DNA of 64,000 bases from contig CAXXGO010000006.1 of assembly GCA_963666835.2 (NCBI GenBank), positions 128,001-192,000 of the forward strand, given 5' to 3'. This document shows, piece by piece, positions 1 to 9,949 of the stretch. Position 1 is the first letter of the stretch, and each line of letters starts with the position of its first letter. Under the pieces are notes generated by a model. The model did no database searches and had not been told where the DNA came from. It saw only the letters and a program-made list of their open reading frames with translations. Made by a program: the position numbers and the translations under genes. The stretch is from Phycisphaerae bacterium (GTDB taxonomy: Bacteria; Planctomycetota; Phycisphaerae; UBA1845).

Positions 1-4
1 TTGT

Positions 5-93
5 GTAGGGCGTGGTCCCCGTCCGAGACCTGCCGCAGTCCACGCGCAACATGCGCCATTGGTGGCAGGTCTCGTGCCTCGACCGTGCCCTAC
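5..93. repeat. Inverted pair of 30-bp GTAG-type REP elements (family A; 5-34 and 64-93), REPIN-like doublet
   Basis: gtagggcgtggtccccgtccgagacctgcc and ggcaggtctcgtgcctcgaccgtgccctac are near reverse complements; the unit recurs at 9509, 9705, 18149, 20161, 47121, 61565, 61623. Confidence 0.8.
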
Positions 94-116
94 AGGTGCT
101 GCCACGTTGGTGGCAC

Positions 117-150
117 TTCGAGTCCCCCACCGCTAAAGCGATGGGCCACC
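117..150. repeat. 34-bp REP-like palindromic element (family C)
   Basis: ttcgagtcccccaccgctaaagcgatgggccacc; exact reverse complement at 9318-9351. Confidence 0.75.
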
Positions 151-1470
151 TGATCGCACGCGCAGGCCGGGTGAGATCTCCCGGGACGGGTGGGACACTA
201 CGGTGTCACTAGCCGTGACGCCGGAGACGATCTGGACCAGGTCCTCGTTCATCAGGCCCACTTCCACCGCGCCCAGCTCGGTAACGCCGTTCCGCACAAG
301 CATGACCTGCCAGCCGGAGCGCGGACCGCGGAAAAGGCAGGTCCGCGGTAGTGTCAAGGCGTCGGCGGCCTCATCGTAAAAGACGCGCACATGCACCCGA
401 AAACCGACGCCCAGACGCTCGGGACGTTGATCGAGCTTGACCGCCACCTTCACCCGCTGCTGTTCCACGCCGAGCGAGCTGATCTTCTTGAACCCCGCGG
501 GGAACACCCGAGCAACGGACCCGGCGATCGGACCGTCGGGCAGAGCCTCCCCGTAGATCTCCACCGGGTCCCCGGGGACGATACGGGTGGCCCGCTCGGT
601 CAGCACCTCGACGTGAACCTCGATCTCGTCCAACCGCCCAACCGTCAAGAGCGGCGTACCGGCCGCGAGAAACTGCCGACGGGTCTGATGCCGGTGCAGT
701 ACTACCCCGTCTATCGGGCTGCGCACCTCGGCGCGCTGCAGGTTCCGCCGCGCGATCTCCAGTTCGGCCCGGGCTTGCTCCAACTGACTCTTCCACGTAT
801 CCGTCTTGAACGTCTTGCGGTCGATGTAATCGCGAATGAACTTCGGCCCGATATAGCTCACCGCCGAAATGGTCTTCAGGGCGGCCAGCTCCAGTACATC
901 GCTGCGATAGTCCGCCTGGGCCTTGCGAAACTCCAGTTCGACCTGGCGAAGCTCGCGGTCGGCCGCAGAGCCGGTCTCACCGAGATCGCTCAGACGCTTA
1001 ACTTCCGACTGGGTGAAATCGAGAGTCGCCTTGGCGGCCTCCAGCTTCGCTTCCGCCGCGGCCACGGTCTCGTCAATCGCCTTGACGGTTGCTTCCGTCT
1101 CGACCAACGCGTTCTCTTCCAACCGATGGTCCGCGGTCTCGGCGATCTGGACTTGCAGCTCCGTCAGACGCTGCTCCGCCTGCCGCACGCGGTCGGCCAG
1201 GTCAAAAGTCTCCAGGCGAGCCACCACCTGCCCCGCGGCAACCGGGTCACCCTCGCGTAGCAGGATCGGTTCCAGCCAGCCGGCAATCGACATCGAGATC
1301 AGATAGTCCTGCGGCAGCTCCGTAACGGCCTGCTCCTCGACAAAAGCCCGCACAGTCTGTCTTTGTGGTTGCACCACGACCACCGTCAGCGCCGGCCGCG
1401 AACTCGCCCAGACGATAATCGCAATCAGCACGACCACGACGAGAATGACGGTCAAACGTCCCTTCTTCAT
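133..1470 (-). CDS. Efflux transporter periplasmic adaptor subunit (HlyD/MFP family)
   Basis: N-terminal TM anchor, lipoyl halves (REGDPVAAGQVVARL; VRSPIDGVV), long coiled coil; last gene of an ABC operon. Confidence 0.9.
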   Translation of the reverse strand: MKKGRLTVILVVVVLIAIIVWASSRPALTVVVVQPQRQTVRAFVEEQAVTELPQDYLISMSIAGWLEPILLREGDPVAAGQVVARLETFDLADRVRQAEQRLTELQVQIAETADHRLEENALVETEATVKAIDETVAAAEAKLEAAKATLDFTQSEVKRLSDLGETGSAADRELRQVELEFRKAQADYRSDVLELAALKTISAVSYIGPKFIRDYIDRKTFKTDTWKSQLEQARAELEIARRNLQRAEVRSPIDGVVLHRHQTRRQFLAAGTPLLTVGRLDEIEVHVEVLTERATRIVPGDPVEIYGEALPDGPIAGSVARVFPAGFKKISSLGVEQQRVKVAVKLDQRPERLGVGFRVHVRVFYDEAADALTLPRTCLFRGPRSGWQVMLVRNGVTELGAVEVGLMNEDLVQIVSGVTASDTVVSHPSREISPGLRVRSGGPSL

Positions 1471-1480
1471 GAGCCAAACC

Positions 1481-3862
1481 TCACTCTTTCACCTGAATGC
1501 CGGCCAGCCAATCCAGCTTCCGGATCTGCCGATGGACACACCACTGCACCGCGGCCACAAAGAACCCGGCGATTACCACGGTCAACACCACCGCGGCCGG
1601 CCTGATGAACACGGGCATGCGGAACAACTCCGAGTCATACGCCTGCGCCATAGCGATGAGCAATGCATAACCCAGCGGGAAGGCCAGAACCAACCCGGCT
1701 GTAAACGTGGCCAGATTCTCCCGCAAGAAGATCCCGGAGACGTGGCCCGGGCGGTAACCCAGAACTCGAAACGTCGAGATCTCGCGGATGCGATCGCCGA
1801 TCTCGATCATTGCGGTATTGAGCATCGTCCCAAACGCGATTACTCCGGCGAAGATGATCATAATCCCCAGGGAAACAACCAGCGTATGCACAAACGTCTC
1901 TTCAAGGCTGGCCTTCGTATCGTTGCGAACGCTAAGCCCCTGCGCATTGGGCAGGACTTTGACCGCCTGGTAGAACGCTGCGGTAGCGGCCGGGTCAACG
2001 GCGAGCTGAATCGAGTTAACCGCCTGAGCTTCACCGACGATACCGCTGAGGTAACGAATGTCCCCGTAGCATTCCATGCCGAGATACCCGCCCACGACGG
2101 AAGCCACCCGAACGAAGCGTGTATCCCGCCGTCCGCGCACGGGGGTCAGTTCGAGCGTATCGCCGGCTTTCACGTCCAGAACCTCGGCCAGTTTGCCCGA
2201 CACCACCAGCCCGCTCGGCGGGATCACAATGGGCGAGCCGTCCGTCTGCACCGGAGTGGTTAACCGATGACTTTCGCTCAGCCCGACGATCCCGATCCGC
2301 CGGGCGCGGCGCCCGTTGCGTAGCTCGCAGACGACGCCCAAAGACGGCTCCGCGTAGTCGACCCCCGGCAGCTCCCGACCCTCCAGCAGGGCGGCCACGG
2401 ATTTCTCCTCCCGCATGCCGATATCCACGTCGCTGTGGGCCACCTGCTTAAACTGAAAGTCGATCAGATAGAACGCCGAGTCGTACATGACCAAAGCTGC
2501 GAAGATCAACGCCACCGACAAGGCCGACGACGCCACCCCGGTCAGCGTACGGGTGCGGTTGCGGAACATCGTCCGCAGAGCCATCTGACTGCGGAACCCC
2601 AGCCGTTGCCACAAGCCGGGAATCCGTTCGAGGATGATAGCTCCACCCCGCTCAGGCGGCTTGGAGTGCATGGCCTCGGCGGGCTGAAGCCGCAATACCG
2701 CCCAGACCCCCTTGGCGGCGCCCAGCACGGCGAAAAGCACGCTCAGAACCATACCGACCGCCAGCAGATCCGGGTGAGGCCGAAACAAGAAGGTCGGGAA
2801 GTCATAGAACTCCTTGTACATCTCGATCATGCCCGCGGCCATCGCGATTCCCAGTCCGCCTCCGGCTATCCCGCCGGCGACTCCGATCACCACTCCCAAC
2901 TTGAGGAAGTGAACGAATACGCGAACGTCGGTGTAGCCGATGGCCTTCAAAGTTCCGATGACAACCCTCTGTCTCTCAGCCAACCGGCTGAGTACGACGT
3001 TGAGAACCAACGCCGCCACGACGAGGAAAATCGTCGGCATCACGGTGGCCGAAACGACCAACCCGTGGATCTCGTCGGAGAGGAACCGGTGCGAGGCCTG
3101 CCGCTCTCGAGGCGTAGTGGCTAAAACGCCGTACGGCTCGAGGACGCGTTCCATTCGATCGAGGAGCAACTCGATGTCGCCGTTGCCGTCGGACAGCAAC
3201 ACCCGGCCGACGACTTGGTTGCAAGCATCCTTGAAATCGAGCACTTCGCGGGCATAACGGTCTTTTACATAGAATACGCCGAAGTGCTCGGGGTCTGGAA
3301 TGATGTCTCCCTCGCCGCGCACCAAGTACACATATTCCGGGCTGATGGCCGTGCCGACGATCAGGAACGACTCCCGCTTACGGTTGAGGATCAAATGGAC
3401 GCGGTCACCGGGCCTTAGACCGTGGGCCTGCGCGAAGGACTCGCTGAGGATAACCTCCTCGTTGCGCCGGCCGGAGAACCCGGAACCCTGCACCAGACAC
3501 AATCCATTGATTGACCGATCGAATCCTTCTTCGGGAACCGAGAGCAGCCGACCGGATATCGGGCGGATCTCCTCCGGCAGATCCACGATGACATCGAACA
3601 CGATGCGCCCGGCAACGGCGGACACCCCGGGGAACTCGGCCAGCCGGTCAACGGCGCTGATCGGGGCTCGTTTCACATCAATCCAGAAATCACCGAAGCG
3701 GTAGTCGCGATAGTAGGCCGCTTGGCTGGCACTGAGGATTCGGTGGGCGGACCCCAGCCCGACGAACGAACCCGTGCCGACGGCGATGATCGCCACGATC
3801 GTGGCGAGCGTACCCCACGTGCCGAACAGGTCGCGAATGAGCTTGCGGTTGAGGGCACTCAT
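1481..3862 (-). CDS. ABC transporter permease, double FtsX/MacB-like
   Basis: 793 aa with two FtsX-type halves (ERQRVVIGTLKAIGY; DRIREISTFRVLGY), multiple TM segments. Confidence 0.9.
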   Translation of the reverse strand: MSALNRKLIRDLFGTWGTLATIVAIIAVGTGSFVGLGSAHRILSASQAAYYRDYRFGDFWIDVKRAPISAVDRLAEFPGVSAVAGRIVFDVIVDLPEEIRPISGRLLSVPEEGFDRSINGLCLVQGSGFSGRRNEEVILSESFAQAHGLRPGDRVHLILNRKRESFLIVGTAISPEYVYLVRGEGDIIPDPEHFGVFYVKDRYAREVLDFKDACNQVVGRVLLSDGNGDIELLLDRMERVLEPYGVLATTPRERQASHRFLSDEIHGLVVSATVMPTIFLVVAALVLNVVLSRLAERQRVVIGTLKAIGYTDVRVFVHFLKLGVVIGVAGGIAGGGLGIAMAAGMIEMYKEFYDFPTFLFRPHPDLLAVGMVLSVLFAVLGAAKGVWAVLRLQPAEAMHSKPPERGGAIILERIPGLWQRLGFRSQMALRTMFRNRTRTLTGVASSALSVALIFAALVMYDSAFYLIDFQFKQVAHSDVDIGMREEKSVAALLEGRELPGVDYAEPSLGVVCELRNGRRARRIGIVGLSESHRLTTPVQTDGSPIVIPPSGLVVSGKLAEVLDVKAGDTLELTPVRGRRDTRFVRVASVVGGYLGMECYGDIRYLSGIVGEAQAVNSIQLAVDPAATAAFYQAVKVLPNAQGLSVRNDTKASLEETFVHTLVVSLGIMIIFAGVIAFGTMLNTAMIEIGDRIREISTFRVLGYRPGHVSGIFLRENLATFTAGLVLAFPLGYALLIAMAQAYDSELFRMPVFIRPAAVVLTVVIAGFFVAAVQWCVHRQIRKLDWLAGIQVKE

Positions 3863-3877
3863 GGGATCGCGATCCTG

Positions 3878-4621
3878 CTACCAGTTCACGTCTGCGGCCA
3901 AGATCGGATTCTCGTTCACGCGGGTTTCGGCCACCCGCCCGCTGACCAGGCGAACGACTTTCGTAGCCACGTCGGTTAGTGCCGGATTATGCGTGATCAA
4001 CACGATCGTCAGGTCTCGCGTCCGGTTGAGCTCCTGCATAATCGCCAGGATTCGGCGGGCCCCTTCGAGGTCCAACGCGCCGGTGGGCTCGTCGGCCAAC
4101 AGCAACTGCGGCTTCTTCACCAAGGCCCGGGCAATTGCGACCCGCTGTTGTTCTCCCCCCGAAAGCTGCGCCGGAAAGTGACCGGCCCGCTCCGCCAGGC
4201 CGACCAAACCCAGAGCATCGCGGGCATCCAGAGGTTCATCCACCAACTCGGCCGCCGCCTGGACGTTCTCCACTGCGGTCAAGGTCGGTACGAGATTGTA
4301 GAACTGGAACACGAAGCCCACGGCCAGGCGGCGATAGTCGGTAAGCGCTTCGCTGGTCAGAACAGACAGATCGGTGTCACCATACCACACCTTCCCCGTG
4401 GTGGGCCGGTCCATCCCGCCGATGAGATTGAGCAGAGTGCTCTTACCCGAGCCGGAGGGGCCCAGAATCACGACGAAATCGCCGCGGACGACCCGCAGAT
4501 CGGCGTCGATCAGCGCGGGCACCTCCACCTCGCCCATCCGAAAGATGCGTCCCGCCCCTTCAATCCGGAGCAAAGCCCCATCCTCTCGCGAAACGTCTGT
4601 TTGAACGTCTCTTACCATCAT
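3878..4621 (-). CDS. ABC transporter ATP-binding protein (LolD/MacB-like)
   Basis: Walker A GPSGSGKS, signature LSGGEQQR, Walker B LLLADEPTG; start moved to ATG 4621. Confidence 0.92.
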   Translation of the reverse strand: MMVRDVQTDVSREDGALLRIEGAGRIFRMGEVEVPALIDADLRVVRGDFVVILGPSGSGKSTLLNLIGGMDRPTTGKVWYGDTDLSVLTSEALTDYRRLAVGFVFQFYNLVPTLTAVENVQAAAELVDEPLDARDALGLVGLAERAGHFPAQLSGGEQQRVAIARALVKKPQLLLADEPTGALDLEGARRILAIMQELNRTRDLTIVLITHNPALTDVATKVVRLVSGRVAETRVNENPILAADVNW

Positions 4622-4882
4622 CGCCCTACGATAACGGCAACCCGGCGGCGCGGAAAGCTTATCGGGCATATCGGATCGCAGGCCTACCGCTCGGCGGGAA
4701 GTGGCAGACTCCGATAGTACCACGATTCGCGGAGCGAGGATCACGCCATTACGCCCGCCCCGGCGGTGTTCCGATACACCACCCGGAAAAGCCGAGTCTG
4801 GGTGGTCATTATCGCCAATCGTCCGAGTGGTCGGTTCGATGGCGGATCGTCCATCGGGCCCTCTTATTCAGGGTTGCTATTC

Positions 4883-7636
4883 ATGGTGCATCAACGCCTG
4901 CGAGCCGTCGTGCGGACCGCGCTGTGTGTCTTCGCCGCCTTGGTGGTCCTCGGAGCCGTGACCGGATGTGAGTCCGGCCTCTTTGCGGGGGCGGAAAGGA
5001 CTCCGACGAGCGCGCAGTTCCTCGAGAAGGGCACCGCGTGTGAGGTCGTTGTCTACTTCAACAACTCCGTGAAGAACCAGCCGGCCTCCAAGCCGTCATA
5101 CTATCGTTTGAGCACCGGCGAGTACGCGACGGATACTGCAGACGTACCCGACGTCCATGCCGTCATCGTGACTTTTCCGGCGCCGGTTACCACGGCCGAT
5201 CTGATCGCCATCGGGGCCGACACTTCGAACGAGACCATTCTGGCGGTAACAACCAATACCGCAGATGCCGAGCCGGCGGAATTCGTCGACGCGTCTTTCG
5301 TCGCCGATGCCGCGGCGCCGGTCGTGGCGTTGTCTTTCGACGGAGCCCTCGACGCCACCGTCGCTTCGGATGTGACCCGCTACGCGCTGCAAGGCACGAT
5401 CGAGCATCCCATCTCGGCGGAAATGACGGATTGCGGCCAGAAGGTCGAACTGACCTTTGCGGCGCTCAAAGCCGATACCCGGCTCGATTTCGAGGGCTTA
5501 ACCGATCTCAACGGGGTGCCCGTTGAGGATCGATTGGGTCTCACCGTGGCGGCGGCCGAGGAAGAAACGCGGCCTGTGGTGGAATCCGCCGCGTTTGCCG
5601 TCGACGGGGCCTATGCGACTGCCGAGGTGACCTTCAGCGAGGCGATCGACCAGACTACCGCCGAGACCGTCGCGAACTACACTCTCATGCCCGAGGGGAC
5701 CGCCCCGGCCTGGGCCGCAGTAAAGGACGACGGGCGGACGGTCGCCGTTGTGTTCTCCGAGATCCGGCCGCCGATTACGCTGAATGTCAAAGGGGTGACC
5801 GACCTGGCCAAGAACCCCATGATGGAGACCAGCGGTATCGAGGTGAACCGCGCCGAAGATTCGACACCTCCGATGCCGGTTGCGGCGAGCCCGACCGGAC
5901 GCAACGGCGGACTGACTGTCGAGGTGACGTTTAATGAGGCCGTCACGCCCAATACCGCAGAGTTGGTTACGAATTATGTGCTCTCCGGCCCGCAGGAGCC
6001 GGCCACACTGCAGCCTACCGCGGCGGACGTTGTGGACGAAGGATCAGCGGTTGCGCTGACCTTCGACTATGTGCCTGCCGACGGTACGCTGGAGGTTTCC
6101 GGAATCTCCGACCTTAACGGCAACGTGATGGCGGACTCGGCGGAGGTCGCTGTGGACTTCACGTATGATCGAACCGCCCCGGCGGTCTCGACGGCGACCT
6201 TCGTGGCAAACTCGACGACGCCGGCGGTGGACGTGGCGTTTGACCAACCAATGTTGCAGACGTCGGTCGAGACGGTTACCAACTACACCTTCAGCACCGG
6301 AGCGGTCCCCCTGTCGGCCACGCTGCAGTCCGACCAGCGTACCGTGCGGTTGGTAACGACGTCACTGGCCCGCACGACTACACTGGCGATTGCCAATGTA
6401 GTGGACGCCTCGGGTAATATAGTCGTGGCCGTGGCGAATGCCGCGATCAACGCCGCTGCCGATTCCACCGAGCCGTTGGCTTCGTCGGTGGCGTATTTGG
6501 ATGACACTTCCAGCCCGACGGTGCTGGTTACGTATTCCGAAGCGGTGGACGAAACCTCGGCCGAGACGGTAAGCAACTACCTCAGCACGACCGACAGCCA
6601 GGCTCCGGACACGGCCGTGATGCAGTCCGACGGGCGGACGGTCGAGCTGACCTTTGGTCCGATGCCGCTGGGCACGCAGTTGAAGATCAGCGGAGTAGTT
6701 GATCTCGACGGTAACGCAATCGCAACGGTAACGATGGACATTGCCGCCGACGCCGACACCACCTCGCCAACCGTGGTAAGTGCGCAGTTCCTCGCCGACG
6801 CGGGTTCCCCCACGGTGGAGGTGGAGTTCAGCGAAGCAGTTAACGAGACGCTGGCCGAAGCTCCCGCTTTGTACCTGATGGGTACCGCCCGGACCTCGGC
6901 GACCTTGGCCACCTTGCAGGACGACGGGCGTACGGTGCGGGTGGTCTTTCCCGCCGTCGCCAGAGCCGACAAGCTGGAGATCCGCTCGATCACCGATATG
7001 AGCGGCAACGCCATTACCGCGGTCAGTGATCTTACGGTGGACTCCGCGGAGGACGACAATCACCCACGGGCAATCTCGGGCACGTTTGCCGCGAACGGCA
7101 CTACGCCAACGGTCACCCTCGAGTTCAGTGAGGCGGTCGATAAGACCTCGGCGGAGACTTTGACCAACTACACCCGCGTGCGCGACGGAGCCCACCCGAC
7201 CAGCGCCACCGTGCAAAGCGATGGCAGGAGCGTCGCATTGGTGTTCAGCTCCCTGGCCTCCTCAGATTCGCTGTTGACCGAAAACGTCTCCGACTTCGCG
7301 GGCAACAAGACGACCACGACCGTGGACGTGCCCCTTACCGCGAACTCGGAGACCACCGCTCCGACTATATCGTCGGCCACCGTTTCCGGGGTCCACGAGA
7401 TCACCATCGTCTTCAGCGAGGTTGTCGACCGAACCAGCGCCCTGGTGGTCACTAACTACACCGGTCTGCCCACCGGAGCGTCAGCTAGCTCGACGTCGAT
7501 TGCCACCGACGGCAGGACGGTGACCCTGACCACGATCGGTGTCCACCTGAGTGCCGGCGATCAGTTTGACGTCGCCGGAGTGAAGGACCTTAACGGCAAC
7601 ACGATGACCGCGGTGACCGACTACACGACGAGTTGA
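4883..7636 (+). CDS. Putative surface lipoprotein with tandem bacterial Ig-like domains
   Basis: Lipobox-like VLGAVTGC; about 8 repeats of ~100 aa (P.V.SA...V.V.FSEAVD..SAE...NY...DGRTV.L.F...V.DL.GN). Confidence 0.8.
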   Translation: MVHQRLRAVVRTALCVFAALVVLGAVTGCESGLFAGAERTPTSAQFLEKGTACEVVVYFNNSVKNQPASKPSYYRLSTGEYATDTADVPDVHAVIVTFPAPVTTADLIAIGADTSNETILAVTTNTADAEPAEFVDASFVADAAAPVVALSFDGALDATVASDVTRYALQGTIEHPISAEMTDCGQKVELTFAALKADTRLDFEGLTDLNGVPVEDRLGLTVAAAEEETRPVVESAAFAVDGAYATAEVTFSEAIDQTTAETVANYTLMPEGTAPAWAAVKDDGRTVAVVFSEIRPPITLNVKGVTDLAKNPMMETSGIEVNRAEDSTPPMPVAASPTGRNGGLTVEVTFNEAVTPNTAELVTNYVLSGPQEPATLQPTAADVVDEGSAVALTFDYVPADGTLEVSGISDLNGNVMADSAEVAVDFTYDRTAPAVSTATFVANSTTPAVDVAFDQPMLQTSVETVTNYTFSTGAVPLSATLQSDQRTVRLVTTSLARTTTLAIANVVDASGNIVVAVANAAINAAADSTEPLASSVAYLDDTSSPTVLVTYSEAVDETSAETVSNYLSTTDSQAPDTAVMQSDGRTVELTFGPMPLGTQLKISGVVDLDGNAIATVTMDIAADADTTSPTVVSAQFLADAGSPTVEVEFSEAVNETLAEAPALYLMGTARTSATLATLQDDGRTVRVVFPAVARADKLEIRSITDMSGNAITAVSDLTVDSAEDDNHPRAISGTFAANGTTPTVTLEFSEAVDKTSAETLTNYTRVRDGAHPTSATVQSDGRSVALVFSSLASSDSLLTENVSDFAGNKTTTTVDVPLTANSETTAPTISSATVSGVHEITIVFSEVVDRTSALVVTNYTGLPTGASASSTSIATDGRTVTLTTIGVHLSAGDQFDVAGVKDLNGNTMTAVTDYTTS

Positions 7637-7837
7637 TCTTTGCCAAAATGGAGCGAGGCGGGACCGGCCGGCGTCGACGCCGACATCGCGACGCCGACTC
7701 GACGTGTCGCGGAAAGGAACGCACGGGGACGCCGTCCCCTTGCATCGCGGCAACCTCGCCCTACCCTGATGATGTTCGGCAAACTGAATCCGAGGAAGGT
7801 AACGGGGCCGACTCCGGGACAGTAGAAAGGGTGGTCA

Positions 7838-9295
7838 ATGCACCGCTTGACAGCTCAAACGATCTACCGCTCCCTTCCTGTGTTTCTGCAGAACACGGTT
7901 GTGTCTCTGCTGGGTTTGCGGATGCGTCGCCAGCGCTACGGGCGCGTCTTTCGTGATCGACTTGCGGCGCTGCGGGAATCGGAGTGGGGCAGCGCCGAAG
8001 ACATCGCCGAATACCACCGTGTACAACTTCGCGGGTTGATCGACCACTGCTACGAGACCGTTCCGTATTATCGAGAGCTGTTCGATGCGCAGGGCCTCAA
8101 ACCTGCGGATATTCGCGAGCCGAAGGATCTCGCCAAGCTGCCGGTGCTTACCAAAGAGGATGTCCGCCAGAACACCGACCGTCTGATCTCCCGCGCGTAC
8201 CGCAAGAAGGACCTGGTGAAAGGCCGCACTTCCGGGACCAGCGGCAAGGCCCTGGAGTTGTACTACACGCCCGAAGCGGTGCAATTCCAATGGGCGGTGT
8301 GGTGGCGGCATAAGGCGCGGTTCGGTCTGCGGCTGGGGGATCCGTTCCTGTCGTTCGGAGCGCGGGTGCCCATCCCGATCTCCCAGACCAAGCCTCCGTT
8401 CTGGCGTCGTAACCGAGCTTTCGCCCAGACGTACCTCTCCACCGGACACCTGACCCCCGAGTACATGCCGGAGATCGTCCGGTTCCTCAACAACAATGAC
8501 TTCGACTTCTACACCGGAAACCCGTCCGCCATGGCCGTGCTGGCCAACTTCATGCGCGATAACAACCTCCGCCTGACCAACCGGCCCAAGTACATCGTCA
8601 GCGGCGGCGCCGCCCTGCTCGCGTGTTTCGAGACGCTTCTGCAAGAGGTGTGGGGCGTGCCGGTTACCGAGCAGTACGGGACCGGCGAGTATTGCGTCAA
8701 CTATGCGAAATGTCAGCACGGCCTGTTCCACGAGGACTATGAGTTCGCGATCCCGGAGCTGTTGGAGAATCCGCACGACCCCCAAGGCGCCAGGCGGATC
8801 ATCTCCACCGGCCTGGCCAACCGGGCCATGCCGCTGATCCGCTACGAAACGGGAGACTTAGCCGTCCCGAGCGATGAACGTTGCCCCTGCGGTCGGGCCA
8901 CGCGCGTGATTCGCAGCGTCGACGGACGGACGGAGGACTACGTACGTACGCCGGATGGCAGGATGGCCATCGGCATGAACCAGGCGTTCGTGTGGGTCCC
9001 CGGTGCCAAGGAGATGCAGATCGTCCAGAACGAGCTCGAACGGATCGTCGTGAAGATCGTCAGGCGCGATTCATATTGCGAAGACGACACGCGGGCGCTC
9101 ATGCGCGAACTGCGCAACCGTCTGGGTGAGGTGATTACGATCGATTGCGAGTTTGTGGACGAGATCGCCCGGGCGCCGAACGGCAAATTCCGCGCTGTCG
9201 TGTCGACTTTGGGGAACATCCCGAACGAACGGCAAGCAAAGAACCGCGCTTCGACCGAGTCGCCGCGAAAAGCCGCGGAAGTCGGATCATTGTAG
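7838..9295 (+). CDS. Phenylacetate-CoA ligase/CapK family adenylate-forming enzyme
   Basis: TSGTSG P-loop, YGTGE, MPLIRYETGD, GRTED, NGKFR motifs. Confidence 0.88.
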   Translation: MHRLTAQTIYRSLPVFLQNTVVSLLGLRMRRQRYGRVFRDRLAALRESEWGSAEDIAEYHRVQLRGLIDHCYETVPYYRELFDAQGLKPADIREPKDLAKLPVLTKEDVRQNTDRLISRAYRKKDLVKGRTSGTSGKALELYYTPEAVQFQWAVWWRHKARFGLRLGDPFLSFGARVPIPISQTKPPFWRRNRAFAQTYLSTGHLTPEYMPEIVRFLNNNDFDFYTGNPSAMAVLANFMRDNNLRLTNRPKYIVSGGAALLACFETLLQEVWGVPVTEQYGTGEYCVNYAKCQHGLFHEDYEFAIPELLENPHDPQGARRIISTGLANRAMPLIRYETGDLAVPSDERCPCGRATRVIRSVDGRTEDYVRTPDGRMAIGMNQAFVWVPGAKEMQIVQNELERIVVKIVRRDSYCEDDTRALMRELRNRLGEVITIDCEFVDEIARAPNGKFRAVVSTLGNIPNERQAKNRASTESPRKAAEVGSL

Positions 9296-9317
9296 CAACC
9301 CAATTGCTCCCCGGTTG

Positions 9318-9734
9318 GGTGGCCCATCGCTTTAGCGGTGGGGGACTCGAACTGACACACGGGTGTCATGGGCTAACTTGTTAGCCCGTGGTCTGAATCT
9401 GGTCCGCGGCGCGGACCCTGCCCGCTTGCCCATGCCGCCCGCCCGGCGTAACACAAGCATCCTGCCTGCAAGAGCGTACGGCAGTTCTCGCGGTCCGCGG
9501 GCATTTGCGGCAGGTCTCGTACCTCGACTGTGCCCTACAGAAGTGTCACTTGGGTGGCATGGGTCAACTTGTTGACCCGTGGAGCGCGATGCGGCGCGGG
9601 CATCCCCGGGCAAGCTGGAACGGTCCATAACCCTAACGCGGAATCAAGTAACGAACGGTACTTCGCCGCGCGAATCGGCGACGCTTGCCCATGCCACCCT
9701 CGGCGGCAGGTCTCGTACCTCGACCGTGCCCTAC
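9318..9734. repeat. Intergenic cluster of REP-like elements (C 9318-9351; B 9448-9470; A 9509-9538 and 9705-9734)
   Basis: Direct sequence matches to copies elsewhere in the window. Confidence 0.75.
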
Positions 9735-9949
9735 GGGATCGGCGTAACCGGGGCATCCCACCTGTCGAATTCCATCCAACACGCGAGACCTGGATTCCAA
9801 ACACCTTCAGACGGGTCCGCCCCGGCACCACGGTGGCGTCTTCTTCAAACGGCCGTTACCATAATCGCTTCGGTAAGACGTGATTCATCCCGGCCGCCGG
9901 CCGTGCTGAAGGAACTGCATCGAACCATCTTTTGTCGAGGGACTGATCC

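Noticed and set aside
7760..7825. Hammerhead ribozyme or c-di-GMP riboswitch (ctgatga, ggcaaac)
   Set aside because: Lacks the GAAA core after stem II and the downstream conserved riboswitch elements
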